In this document: positions 39,887 to 52,463 of the stretch, piece by piece
How the letters are laid out: the number at the start of each line of letters is the position of its first letter
Position numbering within the stretch: position 1 is the stretch's first letter
NCBI GenBank assembly: GCA_001275005.1
Contig: JWZX01003274.1
Location: 1-53,188, forward strand
DNA from: Chrysochromulina tobinii
Taxonomy: Eukaryota
DNA length: 53,188 nucleotides
Reading direction: 5' to 3'
The notes under the pieces: model-generated
Database searches by the model: none
What the model saw: only the letters and a program-made list of their open reading frames with translations
What the model was told of the DNA's origin: nothing
Program-made: the position numbers and the translations under genes

Positions 39887-42800
39887 TCATGCATTTTCGG
39901 GATTATGCTCCGCGGCAACCGACAGAAAGATCTCCTCCAGCCGTGGCTGCGAGCACGCATAGTCCTGAATACCGAGGGCCGCCTTGTTCTTCTCGAGGGC
40001 CTCGAAGACCTCAGGGAAGCCGTGGCGGTCCGATGGGATTCGGAACTTGATGACTTGCCGATGGTAGTCGGCTACCTTCGCGCCAGGGAAGAGGCTCATG
40101 ATCTTGGTCTTGGTGGCCTCGACGTGGGAGGCGCGCTCGAGCGAAGGAGGATTGGCGACCGTGCCGTTGGCTGCGCCCGTGCCGTTGTCCTCCCCCCCTT
40201 CCTCGGCGACGCGAACTTCGAGGCTAAGCTCGTTGCCGAAGCGCGACTTAAGGTGCTGCTGGCCGCCGATGCAGCGCATGTGGCCGAGGCTCATGATACC
40301 GATGCGCGTGCAGAGGGCCTCGCACTCCTCCATCGAATGACTCGTGAGGATGATGGCACGGTGCTGCCGCTCGCGCGTCAGCACGTCCCACATACGGCGG
40401 CGCGCCACCGGGTCCATTCCACTCGAAGGTTCGTCAAGGAAGACCACCGGCGGCGCGCCGATCAGCGCGACGGCGAGCGAGAGCTTGCGCTTGTTGCCGC
40501 CCGAGTAGGCGCCCGAGGGCTTATCCGCATGGGGCGTGAGCGAGACTTGCTGGAGCAATTGGGTGATGAGAGGGCCCGCCTCATGGGCTGGGATGCGCTT
40601 GAGCCTCGCGAACATCCACAGGGTCTCCCGACCAGTCATGAGCTCGAGCAGCGGGTCGAATTGGGGACAGTAGCCGATCCGTTGGCGCACCTGCTCGAGC
40701 TCCCGCACCACGTTGTAGCCGCAGATGCGCGCCTCGCCGCTGCTCGGGAGGATGTCGCCGGTCAGCATGGCCATCGTCGAAGTCTTTCCCGCGCCGTTGG
40801 CACCCAGTAGACCGAAGCACTCATGGTGGCCGACGGCGAAGGAGAGGTCGGCAACGGCCACTTTGGGTGGCGCGCCGCCGCGTGCTGCGTAGGCCTTGCG
40901 AAGGTGATGGATGAGCAATGCGGGAACCTCGGCATCGGCCCCGTCGGCTTCCTCTGTGTCTGCCGTGCTGGTCCGGCTCGCCCGGGACATAGAGCGCTGG
41001 TACGCGTCTTCGGCCGACTCACTGCGTGCTGCCGCGATGGCCGCTACGATGGCCTCGACCCGAGCGCACTCCGCCACGACGTCAGGGTCGTCAGGCGTAA
41101 GCCCTGCTCCGGTCGCACGCGACAAGTCTGAATTGGCGCCCCGCCAGCGGAGGAATCGCTCGTACACGATGGCGAGGACGAGGGCGATGGGCAACAGCGC
41201 GAGGGCGGAGAGCATGTCCAGAGGTGCGCCCACCACGAGGCAGACCGTAACGATCAAGACGGCGGCGGTGAGCATTTTTGAGGGGCCGCTGCTGAAGCCA
41301 GCTCCACCGATGCCATTGGCGCTGCCGCCGCCGAGGACGCAGCCCGCCACGAGACCGACAATGCGGCGGATGCGTGGCGTCTCGAGGCGGCCGGCGATGG
41401 CTCGCTGGTGCTCGAGGAGGAGGAGCAGGGACCAATAGCCAAGGGCATGGAGGGGGAAGAACCGGAGGGCGCGGCCCGCCGCATCGTCGTCCCAGACACT
41501 CAGACATCCGCCCAAACACCCGCCCAGCGCATTCGTGTACCATGTGCGTGTGAGACCGAGAAGGGCCTCGCCAACTACGTAGGTCGGAAACATGCGGTAC
41601 ACTAGGAGCAGTCGCTGGTCAATATCTTGGGCTTTGTCAATCCGGGACATGATGAAGTGCGCAATCACCGCAGCGAATCCCGTGGCCAAATTGAGCATGA
41701 GCGTGGCAATCTGCGCCGTCGAGTGCGACTCAAAGAGAAAGGAGAAGCAGTAGATCATCGGGAGCACGGACGCGCCGTAGCCGAGGAGCACAAGGTACGT
41801 GGCGAGCGCCTGGTCCGAGTTGCCGACGTAGCCGGGCTCGCCATAACAGAAGAATACGAGCATGCAGCAGCTCGCTGTGAAGGTGAACAGCGTCAAATCC
41901 CACAGGTACGATGCGAGCCAATACACCGCCGGGCCTGCTCCCGAGACGAGCTGTAGATGCTTTGCCTTGACGGCGCGCTCCTTGACCACGAAGACAGCGG
42001 CGGAGGCGGGGATGTAGCAAAAGGGGATGAGCACAAAAAGCGCCGCTAGGGTTGCGAGGATGAGCTTGATTGTGAGCTCCTGGGTACCCGTCAGCGGGAG
42101 TGGGTGGTTGTACACCGCATAGCTCTCCTCCGCGGGCGACGAGCCCGCTGTCGGCGGGGGCGGCGCGCCGTGAATCTGCCGCCAACGCGCCGCGGTCACC
42201 TCTGCGAGATACGAGGGGAGCGCGTGCCACGACGACGTGTTGTGAAGGATGGTTAACGGCCAGCTCATGGAGACGTTGTGGGGTCGCTCCGCGGGGATCG
42301 CGGTGTCATCCGAGATGGTGTACTCGTAATTGCCTCTCCCGGTGTGCACATCTCCCACTGCGATCTCGACACCAGAAAAGGACATGGTGCTCCTGCTCAT
42401 AAAAAAGGACGAGATGTTCGCGGTGACGGGCAGCGAAGAGACGTTAGAGGTGTTACCGATCTGTGCCAAGGCCGTGAAACGTATGCCATTGATGGTCGTC
42501 GAATTCTGCCTGACGTAGATCTCCTGCATCTGGATCGTCGGCGAGGCGAGAAACAAGTTGGGACCCGCTGCCGTGGCGAAGCCAGTGTCGATTGAGTTCG
42601 GCGCACCACCTATCTGCCAGACCGTTCCCTCAAGCTCCGTGAGCCGCACCGTCTGCCCATTTTCGATAGCGAGCAGCCGCGGATCTGCAAAGGCGATTGC
42701 AACCACGAAGGCGGGCACTCCTGAGATATTGGCTAAGGTATTCACCCTTTCCCTTGTAATGGGGAAGATTTGGAAACCGTCGGGAGCAATCGAGCTGAAG

Positions 42801-45800
42801 ACAACCTCCGCAACGAGCTCAATAAGCACCGAGGCCAGGGGCTGGTCGTCCACACGAATATTGCCAACGACATCGCTCTCCAAGCTGACATCGTCTGTTC
42901 CTGCGTCGGCGATGCCGATCGCCCGACCGCTGGCCTCACAGAGCGCTGTGAGCCACGGGCTGGTACTAGCTCCATCCCCGCTGCTCGCGCCGAGTGCGTT
43001 GTTGAACGCTTGGCTCGCGTCGGCTGCAGCCTGTAGAGACGCCTGAGCTTGAGCGGCGATCTGCGGCTGGACGACATTCCATAGCAACAGCCACGGGGCA
43101 ATCGGATAGTCCGGAGGAAGAGGCAGGGGTATGCCAGCTTGCAACATTCTGCGCGATCCGGCGCCCGTGGGCGTCGCGTTCGCGCTACGTTCGGCCGAGC
43201 GCAAAGTCGCAGTGGCCAATCCATTGAGCGCGCAGAAGAACACCACGGCACTCGCACCCTGAGCCACCAGCGGCTTGAAAAGGTAAGGGAGCGTGCCGCC
43301 GCTCAGCACGCGCGCACGCAGCTCGTCGTCCACGGCGAGGGCTCCCATGCGAGGGACCTTGCCGTGCCCCAGTAACGTGTGCTTCAGGTACTCGGAGAGG
43401 CCATCGCTGTCGGCCACGTCCATGCATTTGGGGGAGAGCACCTGGCTGCTCATCTGACGGGTGAGCGGCGAGGCTGCGGGCAGGTTGGTCACGAGCTCCG
43501 AGATCGCACCTCCACCAAGCAGCGCCGCGTTCATTTGGATTCGAGGACCCGCCAGCGGCACGTTGATCACAAGCACGAGCAGCCCGAGGCACACGAGGCC
43601 AATGGGCATCAGCTGCTGCGTGGCGAGTGTCTTAAGGTCGCGGCGTGTGCAGCACATCCGTTTCCACAGCATCAGGCGCAACGTCTTCAGCCATGCCACG
43701 ACATCGGCAACGAGGACAGCGAACTTGCCTGAACCGGAAGCCCCCTTACCCCCCCTACGCCATTCCGCCCACTTGTGTTGACGATTGGTGGACGGAGATT
43801 GTGACCCTGGGCTGCCAAACTTCGCGGTCCTCTTCCTCACCGCGCCTTCATTCTTCTCCATCTTCGCCGCCGCTCCATTTTTCTCGGGCGGTGACATCAC
43901 GGGGTCGTCGTCGATTGCAACCTCAACCATGGAAACGCCGCTCAATTTGTCGGGGCTGCTCGGGCCGGTAGGCGTGACCGCCTGCATCTCGACGCCCTCC
44001 GACGGACCACCGCCGCCACCCTTCTCGCCGCTGCTCGTTGACGTGGCTTCCTCGTCGATCAGCGCCCTGAAGCGGCCGGTTCGAAAGAGCCGCCTACGTG
44101 CATATCGGGCTTTAAGGGCTACATCGCGCCCAAAGGCGGCCTCGATCGCCGCCTCCATCCCGCCAAGGTGCCGATCCGGCCCACCGCCTTGCACCGAGGC
44201 CTCCTCTCGTTTGGCTAGCTCAATGAACACCTCCTCGAGCGACGAGATGGACATACCGTGCCCTCGAAGCCCTAGCTCCTCGGCGGCAGCGTCCAGGTAC
44301 CGAAGGAGAGCCGCAAACTGGGGGGCCGCATCGAGCGGCAAGCGGAAACTCAGTTCATCGCCCGCCTCGGAGAGCAGCTCAATGCGCGAGACGAAACTCT
44401 GCAGCTTCCGCGCGACTTCTTGCGCGTACACCTTTGTGTTTGCCTTGATCATCGTGAGAGTGTACCCGAGCCCGAAACGGCTCTTCAGAAAGAGAGCCGA
44501 GCCGCAGCAACGCACCTTTCCGGCGCTCATGATCGCGATGCGATCGGCGAGCATGTCGGCCTCATCCATGTAGTGCGTCGTGAGCACGAGTGCGCGCCCC
44601 TTCTTATTACGCTGCAGCAGCTCCCACATGCTGCGGCGTGCGCCGGGGTCCATCCCCGACGATGGCTCATCGAGCAGCACTGCCGTCGAGCCGCCAATCA
44701 GCGCACAACCGACGGAGAGCTTGCGCTTCATGCCGCCGCTGAGCGCGCGCGAGCGTGCGTGTACCTTCGCGCCCAACCCTACGTCATCGGCCACCTCGAG
44801 GGCTGCCTTGCGTGCCTCGGCTGGCTTCAGGCCCTTGAGCTCAGCGTACAGGTGTAGGTGCTCAAGCACTGTGAGCTCGGGCCAAATCACATCGTGCTGT
44901 GGACAGACGCCAAGGCACTGGTAGACTTGCCGACGCGAAGTGGAGATCGAGTGCCCGAAGACGATGCAGTCGCCCGATGAAGCCGGGTAAAGGCCGCAGA
45001 GCACGGAGAGCGTCGACGTCTTGCCCGCGCCGTTGTGGCCGAGCACGCACGTGATTTGTTCCGACGCCATGGAGAGGCTGAGGTCATCGACGGCGAGCTT
45101 GCTGTAAGGCCCGCTGCCGTACCGTTTCGTCAAGTGCACGATCTCGATGCTCGGCAGTTTGCGCACCTCGTCCGCCATCGGCTCGAAGGCGATGCACTGG
45201 CTGGCATCGCGGCTGTCGGCGCTCGCGCCCTCTGTGGGGACTCCAACGGTAACCATCTGGGTGTGGCTCGAGCCGGTGCGCCACCACCGTGGGAGTAGGC
45301 AGAAGCAAGGATGCTCACTCGCACCGAATTTGGAAGGCAGCGCGCGCTCGAAGTAGAGGAAGAGGAGGAAGTAGAGCAAACAGTCGAGCGCCATCATTCC
45401 CAGGCAGGTGCCAAACGTATACGAATCGCGCGTAGACGGCTCGATCGTGACGCTCCGTTCGGCGTGTTCATACTCGGCCAGGATGTCGGCTCCAAATGCG
45501 AAGGCGGAGGGCAGCAGTAGCGAGGTCAGAACCTTGGCCGAGCTTTGCTCGAACGAGTTCGAGCCGAAGAAAATGTACTTGGGGAGGACCGTGCCAATGA
45601 AGACGACAGGCGCAGCGACGGCGGCGAGCTTGCCGTTCGAGAAGAAGGTCGAGAGCAGAAGTGAGAGGGCAAAGGAGCCAAGGGAGAAGAGGCCGACGTA
45701 CGCGACGAGGAGCCCTAAGTTGGCATGGACGATGAATTGGCGCAGCATGAGCGTCAGCGAGATGGTGATCAGCGTGGCATCCAAGAGGCCGAGCAGACAC

Positions 45801-48104
45801 CAGCTAGTCACAAAGCTCGATTCGCGAAGCCCCATCATTCGCATCGTCTGCTTCAGTCGCAGCTCCTTCTCCTCTACGATCGCCTTGGTGAATTGCGCCA
45901 CTGGCAAGAGGAAACACATTGTGAGCACCAGCCCGAGTAAGAAGCCGATCGCAAGGTAGAAGTCGTTCTGTGCGTACGCAAGCGTTGGGAATGGCACAGC
46001 GACTGCGCGCGAGGCGGGAGAGCCCGCGAGCACTGCGGGCGGCGGAATGGTGGCGCCTGCCGAGGTGGCGCCCGATGCGTTGAAGGCGTATTCGTCCACA
46101 AGGGCTTGCAGCGTCAGGAAGCCGGACATGTAGTATGTCTGGTACGTGGCATCGAGCCCTTGGCCGATGCTATTTTCGAGCCAGTTGGTGTTCGGCACGG
46201 TCGAATAGTTCATCCGAATGGCGTAGCGAAGCGATGGTGCAGGCCGGGCTGTCGACGATTGAGGCAGCTCCGCAGCCTCGGGCAGCGAGTAGAAGACGAG
46301 CACGGCCCACGCGCGCTCGACCGCCTCGTGGTCCAGCACGTAGCTCACCGCGGCCTGCTCGCTTGGGTGTACCTTGATGGTGAAATTGCGGAGCAGCGCG
46401 TGGCGATTCCTGGCGAATCGCAGGAAGTCATCGACGGCCGGCGAGGCAGGTGTGACATGTAGCGTGCCAAGCGTCAGCACGTTGCCAAACTGGCGTCCCA
46501 AGTTGTTGAAGCTGATCAGGTTGGCGTAGGCGGCCGGGCTCAGATTCGCACGGAGGTTCAAGCCCACCGCCATGAAGGAATCCACAGACGGGATCGGCAG
46601 AGGTCCTTCCAGCAGAGGCGACAGACTCTCACGGATCGAAAACAAGGAGTCCTGGCTGATGACCGATGGCCGCGCCAAGGGTGCGCCAGTGCAATTGAAG
46701 GTGTAGACGCCTACGCGCCATGGGCCGCCGCACCCACCGGGGCCGCCTGAGCAGGCGTCTTTCCTGCAGTCGGCATCAGGCGCACGCTGAGCGTCGATGC
46801 GCAGCTGGTTGCCGCAGAAGCACTGATGGCCGTTCTCGACACCGGCGAGTCCAAAGCCTCTCTCGTGGCAATAAGAAGCGCACCTGATGCACACAAAGGG
46901 ATCGCGGGTCAGTGCATGCACACAAAGGGAGCGCGGGTCAGTGCACCAGCGCCAGGCCGACGAGGACGAGAAAGGGCGCGCCCATCACGGCGCCTACCAT
47001 TCTCGAGACAGAGTGCAATTGGAGGTCATCAGAGGTCATCAGAGGTCATCCCATCGCCCACCATTCTCGAGACAAAGTGCCATCCTGTGCATGCGCAGCA
47101 TTCAGTACTCGACGACTGTCGTCAATGTAGCACTGCATGCCGGCAATCGCGCAGCCCGGTGGCGATGGCGGCCGTCTGATTCGAGGGCCACAGTCGGTGC
47201 AGTCAGTGCCGAGGCTGCAATCCGAAAACTCGGATCCGGGTCCGCCATCGTTGCAAACACCATTGGAGGCGACGGTGCACGTCTCCGCGCACGTCCGCCC
47301 GTTGTTGACTTCCGTATTTTGCCGCGCCGCTCGGCAAGGCTTGTACGCCCCGGATGGATCATTGCGTTCACCGGCAGTGCGAGTTTGCATCCACCCAAAG
47401 CGCACAGCGCCCTCTCCGGAGAGCACCCTGGGCGTTTCGCCATTCGGCGCGAGGCAAGAGATGCCTAGGTCCTCAGAGTGATCCTCCTGGCAGTCTGGCG
47501 CACCCCAAACCAGCCCACCTCTACTTCCGGAGAAAGGATCTCCTTGGGTGGAGCCACACTCGGACAACATATCCTCATCGCCGTAGCATTTCATATGGGA
47601 GAGCCAAATCTTGCCTGAGCCACGGCGTTCTGCTTTCAGCCCGAACCGGCAATCACTGCGATCAACGACGTAAGGCTCCAAGCCCATCTGCCCGCAGGCC
47701 ACCCACGCGTCATTGAGCCCAAAGCTGCGGGTACAGAACGTCCCCCATTCACCCGCGTGGAAGATCTCCAATCGCCCGTCGTACACAAGGCTTTCGGGCC
47801 TGCAGGCGAGCGAATCCCATTGAGTTCGGATGGTCGGCTGGGCCCCAAAGTCGAGACCCCGCATGGTCGGCTGGGGAGACCTAAAATCGAGACCCATGTC
47901 GAGCGCGGCCGCGAGCATTGGTCCGGCCCTCAGGTGCAGCACTGCGTATGTGGCTGCACCAAATTCCTGCTTGCTGGAGTAGCTGAAGGCAAGGACGAGG
48001 ATGCTCGCCAAGAGCGGAGGGCTGAAGATTTGACACAAGGTCGTCCTAGGAGAGCGCCTCTTCAGGAGGAAATCCTTGCGCAGGACGGCGCGGAGACCGC
48101 CCAT
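39887..48104 (-). CDS. ABCA: Full-size ABCA transporter (2679 aa spliced) with SRCR, Cys-rich and WSC domains in extracellular domain 1; exons 48104-47062 and 46883-39887
   Basis: ABCA N-terminus LRAVLRKDFLLKRR plus TM1; EKE motifs; NBD1 GHNGAGKT/LSGGMKRKL/LDEP; NBD2 GANGAGKT/YSGGNKRKL/LDEP. The 178-nt GT-AG intron 46884-47061 joins LSREW|CASYC in frame. Confidence 0.9.
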
Positions 48105-48537
48105 GCAACCCCTCAGCAATCCGTTGCGGGCGGCGGAGCGCGGAGGATTCGGAGCGCACGGGCGCGCGCCCGCGCGTCCTGTCTGGGTCGGAGTGCCCGA
48201 TGCGTCCGATGCAAAAAGTTGCAGCAAAAAGTCTCGTCACGCGATGAGCCTCATCAACCATGTGTCGTCAACTATTTTTGGGTGAGGGAAATTGGCGGGA
48301 TGGCTCGCCGCCGCCGCCTGCCGCCACTACGTGGCGCCGTTGGTTTCCTTATCACGAGCCTGCCGCCCGGTGCCCTGGTGTCTCATGCGAAAAGGTTTAG
48401 TAGAACCGATGAGCTCAGCAGCTCGTGTGCCCGTGTTGTGGGACCGGGGTTTCTGACTGACAAAAATTTATGTCTGGTCGAAAGCGAAAAATGTGTAAAA
48501 TTTGGAATTTCGCGCGGTTTGTACTCTCCCAAGTTCG

Positions 48538-50409
48538 ATGTCCTCACCCATCGCCATGGCCTTCACCATTGCTGGAATGATCGACGAAGCGACAATGTCG
48601 ATTCCTTCCACCCCTTCGGCTTCGGCCGACCTGTACGACGACTCCTCCGACGATTTCGCGTCGCTGCTCGAGCCCATCGACGGTAGTGGCGGTAGCCTGC
48701 AGGCGCTGTATCCGCAGGCCGACCGCGAGCTCGTCCGGCTGGAGTCGGAACACGCCATCTCGATGATGGAGCTCCGACACGAGCAGGAAATCACGGCGCT
48801 GCGGCAGGACGCTCGTGAGCAGCTGCGCCGGCTGCGGGCCGAGGTGCGCCGGCGCGACAAGGCCCTCACGGCGCTCACCGACGAGCGCGACACGCTGGCC
48901 GCGCAGCTCGCCTCCACAAGCGCAGAGCTCGCGCCGTACCCGGCGCAGCTCGCGGCCGCGCGGCGCAGCGACGCGAAGCACAAGCAGCAGCTCGCGACGA
49001 CTCGCCTGCAGGCGGAGCACGAGCGCGCAAGCCTCGAGCAGAGCATGCAGGCGCTGCGCGAGCGTCTCGAACTCGCCGCCGCAACCGAGCGCGCGAACCT
49101 CGAGCAGAGCATGCAGGTGCTGCGCGAGCGTCTCGAACTCGCCGCCGCAACCGAGCGCGCGAGCCTCGAGCAGAGCATGCAGGCGCAGCGCGAGCGTCTC
49201 GAACTCGCCGCCGCAACCGAGCGCGCGAGCCTCGAGCAGAGGCTCGAGGCGCTGCGCGAGCGTCTGGAGCCCCAGCTCGCCGCTGCGACCGCGCGCGCGA
49301 CCGAGTCCGAGCGCACGGCGGCCGAGCTCCGCAAGGAGCTTGAGGCCGCGCACCTTGCGCATGCCGACGCGCAGCGGAGCGCGGCCGAGGCTCGCGAGAA
49401 GCTTCAGGGCGCGTGGCTGGAGGCGAGCCGCGCGACGGCGGCGTCCGAACTGCTGGCCGAGCGCGTGGCGATGCTGCAGCGCGAGAGCGAGCGGCTCGGG
49501 GAACAGCTCGGGCTCGCGCATCAGGCTGAGCAGCAGCGCTCCGAGGAGTTGCGCGAGACTTGCGCCGCCCTGGCCGGGGTTCGCGAGCAGCGCAACCAGC
49601 TCGCTCGCGAAGCCGAGGCCAGCAGGCTGGCCGAGGTCGAGGCAAGGGATGAACTCGCAGCGGGTTTGGAGCTCGCGGGCGCGGGCGAGGCGCGCGTCGG
49701 CGCGGCCGAGCGGCGCACCTTAGAGGAGCATGAGGCGCGAGTGCAGGCCGAGGGTCGACTCATGCAACACGTCGAGGAGCAGCGCGCCACTCGTAGCCTG
49801 CAGCAGCGGCGCATGCTCGCACTGCTCCTGCGTGCAAGCAGGGTGCAGATGGCGCTCGGGCTCACCAAGTGGAAGGCGGGCGTGGCCGCCGTCGACGCGC
49901 TCGACGCGCGCCGCGCGTCACGCGAGGCGGCGGAGCTCACGGCTGCCGTACGGCAGGAGCTGCAAGAGCAGCGGCGCGCGGTCGACATGCGGGACTTCAT
50001 TTCCAGTCGCGGGCGGGCGCTCAACGGCGCCATCCGGAGCGCGCTCGACGGAGCGTACGCTCGGCACAGCGCGACAGCGGCCTTTGGGCGATGGGCGCTC
50101 GCCACGAGCGTGCAAGCTCGCTGTGCCGAGCGATGGGCGTCGCTGAGTCAGCGGGCCGAGCGCGCGGGGGCCGAGCGCGCGCCCTGGAGACTGTTGCTCT
50201 CGCAGCGCCGGCGTCTGTTGAAGCTGCAGACGCGCCGCTGTCAGACGGACCATGCGCAACAGCACGACGATGCGCGCCTCTCCCGCGCCGTCTTCGTGGT
50301 GTGGCGCCTGTCGACCCAGGTGGGCGTGCTACGCGAGCTGATCGCCGCGGAGGAGGGCCGGTATGCGCCGGTGCACGTAGGGCCGGATCCGTGGTGGGAG
50401 GCCAAGTAG
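48538..50409 (+). CDS. Coiled-coil protein with internal 22-aa repeats, unknown function
   Basis: Long A/E/R/L-rich ORF, divergent from ABCA. Confidence 0.7.
   Translation: MSSPIAMAFTIAGMIDEATMSIPSTPSASADLYDDSSDDFASLLEPIDGSGGSLQALYPQADRELVRLESEHAISMMELRHEQEITALRQDAREQLRRLRAEVRRRDKALTALTDERDTLAAQLASTSAELAPYPAQLAAARRSDAKHKQQLATTRLQAEHERASLEQSMQALRERLELAAATERANLEQSMQVLRERLELAAATERASLEQSMQAQRERLELAAATERASLEQRLEALRERLEPQLAAATARATESERTAAELRKELEAAHLAHADAQRSAAEAREKLQGAWLEASRATAASELLAERVAMLQRESERLGEQLGLAHQAEQQRSEELRETCAALAGVREQRNQLAREAEASRLAEVEARDELAAGLELAGAGEARVGAAERRTLEEHEARVQAEGRLMQHVEEQRATRSLQQRRMLALLLRASRVQMALGLTKWKAGVAAVDALDARRASREAAELTAAVRQELQEQRRAVDMRDFISSRGRALNGAIRSALDGAYARHSATAAFGRWALATSVQARCAERWASLSQRAERAGAERAPWRLLLSQRRRLLKLQTRRCQTDHAQQHDDARLSRAVFVVWRLSTQVGVLRELIAAEEGRYAPVHVGPDPWWEAK
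49021..49290 (+). repeat. 66-bp coding tandem repeat, 4 copies (ERASLEQSMQALRERLELAAAT)
   Basis: Near-identical units start at 49021, 49087, 49153 and 49219. Confidence 0.9.
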
Positions 50410-50680
50410 GTTGTATAGAGCTCTACGTCGAAAACGTCCAGAATTAACAAGTAAGTAGTGTACGGTACTTCCGGCCGTGTAAAGTTTATAGTTAGTTAAA
50501 CTTTGTTAGGGATCGAAGCGGCCGGAGCGCGCGGAGCGAGGCCGCTGAGCGTGACGCGACGCCCCGCTTGTTTTCGCCACCGCAGAGCGGGGGTCGCGCC
50601 GGGCGCAGGCCGATACCTAGTACACACGCACCGGGGGGGGCTAGCCACATGTATACAGTCACGGGCACACAGTCGCGCAC

Positions 50681-52185
50681 TCATTTGGCCATGAAAGCCT
50701 CGTAGCTGCCGCCACACAGTAGCTGCACGTCGCGCCTGATGTCGGCTTCGCTCACTGGCCAGCCTGCGTCGACGATCTTCCGGTACTGCGTGACCAGGAC
50801 TGGGACGAGTGACTCGCGCGAATGCTTCCACTTATAGAGCAGCTGGTCGACCACGCGGCAATCCGTGTGGTTGAAGGTGAAGGCGGTGCCCATCATCTCC
50901 AGGCGCATCTTCGTGATCGACTCGATCATCGATGGGTTGTTGCAGAACCACCAGCAGCCATACAAATGCAGGTTGCCAAACTTTCGGGCCAGCACGCACA
51001 GCTCGTGCTGGTTCTCCGCCGAGAGTACCGTGACGAGGAGCTTGACATGCGGGTACGCGAGGCACACCTCGCGCAGCCAGCTCAGGTCGGCCACCTCGAC
51101 CGCGTCGCCGCCCGCTCGGAGTGCCGGGTTGACCCCACGCACCGCTCCTGCGAGGCGAGATTGGAGGCGAGATTAGGCCGAGATTGGAGGCGAGATTAGA
51201 CCGAGATTGGAGGCGAGATTGGAGGCGAGATTGGAGGCGAGATTGGGCCGAGATTGGAGGCGAGTGGCGCACCGATCTTGATCGCGATCGGTAGCCCCGC
51301 CTCAACCGCAATCTCAAGCAGCACCTTCTCAAACAGATCGCTGCCCGTCGGCGTGCCGCCCGCAGCGGATGAGGGCGGTTCAGCGTGCTCGTCGCCCACG
51401 CGCTGCTTCTTGCCCACACGTCCGACGCCGCGGCGCGTCAGCGTGCACTTGAAGCCAGCGGGGGTGGATGCCATCAAATAGACTGGCTTCAATATGCCGA
51501 TCCACTCGCGTAGGTACGCCTTGCACCCCTCGAGCGTCTCCGGATGCGCGGGCTCATTGCGCCGGAGCGCGGCGGCGACCGTTGTCCAGTCGCCCGCAAG
51601 GATCGGGTCGACGCGCAAAGCAGTCTTGAGGCGCGGGCTCACGATGGGCGCAGTCTTGAGCTTCCAGTGCACCGCCTCCTCAGGCACGAACGGGATGTTT
51701 GTCATCACGACGTACTTAACCTTGGCGAGCTGGCACACGCGCTCGAGGTACTCCGCCGGCTCCTGCTGGGCGAACCAGCCGCGCAGCGCGTCAAGGCGCG
51801 GCTTTGCCGGCTTCGTTGCCGCCTCTCTTAGCAGCTGAGTGAGCCCCAGTTCAGAGAGCACATTGATGAAGCCCCGGCACGCCTCGCTCATCGGCGTGCG
51901 CTTGACAAAGAGCTCCTCGAAGACAAGCTCCGCCTGTCGCGCGAGCGGCCACGCGAAGAACTCGTCTTTCGAGGGCGGCGCATCAGGGACCGTTGAGGTC
52001 GAGTCCGCTTCCGAGTCGAGAGGCATCACCATCCACGTCTCGGCCACCAGGTAGTGATATGTGAGCAGCGCGTCGACGCCGTAGAGCATCAGCTGGCCAT
52101 GTGTCGGTGGCAAGAGGTGCGTGTGCACGTCGATTACCTCGACGGCCGACACCTCGCGGGCCACAACCGCGTTCAGGTCGAACAT
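50681..52185 (-). CDS. uxaC: Glucuronate/uronate isomerase-like protein (amidohydrolase superfamily, BH0493 type); exons 52185-51273 and 51147-50681
   Basis: IDVHTHL (HxH metal site), LLTYHYLVAE, VMTN, NQHELCVLARKF, GCWWFCNNP, HTDCRVVDQLLYKW. The 125-nt GT-AG intron 51148-51272 restores KIG|AVRGVNP. Confidence 0.85.
51152..51263. repeat. 12-bp intronic minisatellite (ggaggcgagatt), about 9 copies
   Basis: Fills almost the whole uxaC intron. Confidence 0.9.
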
Positions 52186-52463
52186 GCGAGGAGGTGAACC
52201 TGGCTGTTAATGCCGCTTGACCCCAACAGTTAAGCGGCCGTGAACTCAACGTGTGATGAGACTGTTGGCAGAGCTACCACAGGGGCCCAACCAGGGGGAA
52301 GGGGTATTGGGCATATGGGGGCCGTGCGGACGCATACCGGGAGGTTTGCTGCTCACGTTTCGGACTCAAGGGAGTCTCGAAACGGTTTGATGCGCATCCC
52401 GATTTAATTCCAACGGCTGGCACGGACTGGGTGCATACACCTCGTTGAGGAGATTCTCGAACG

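Noticed and set aside
51152..51263. Regular short repeats as a possible CRISPR array or telomere
   Set aside because: No unique spacers, no cas genes, eukaryotic context; the repeats lie inside a GT-AG intron.
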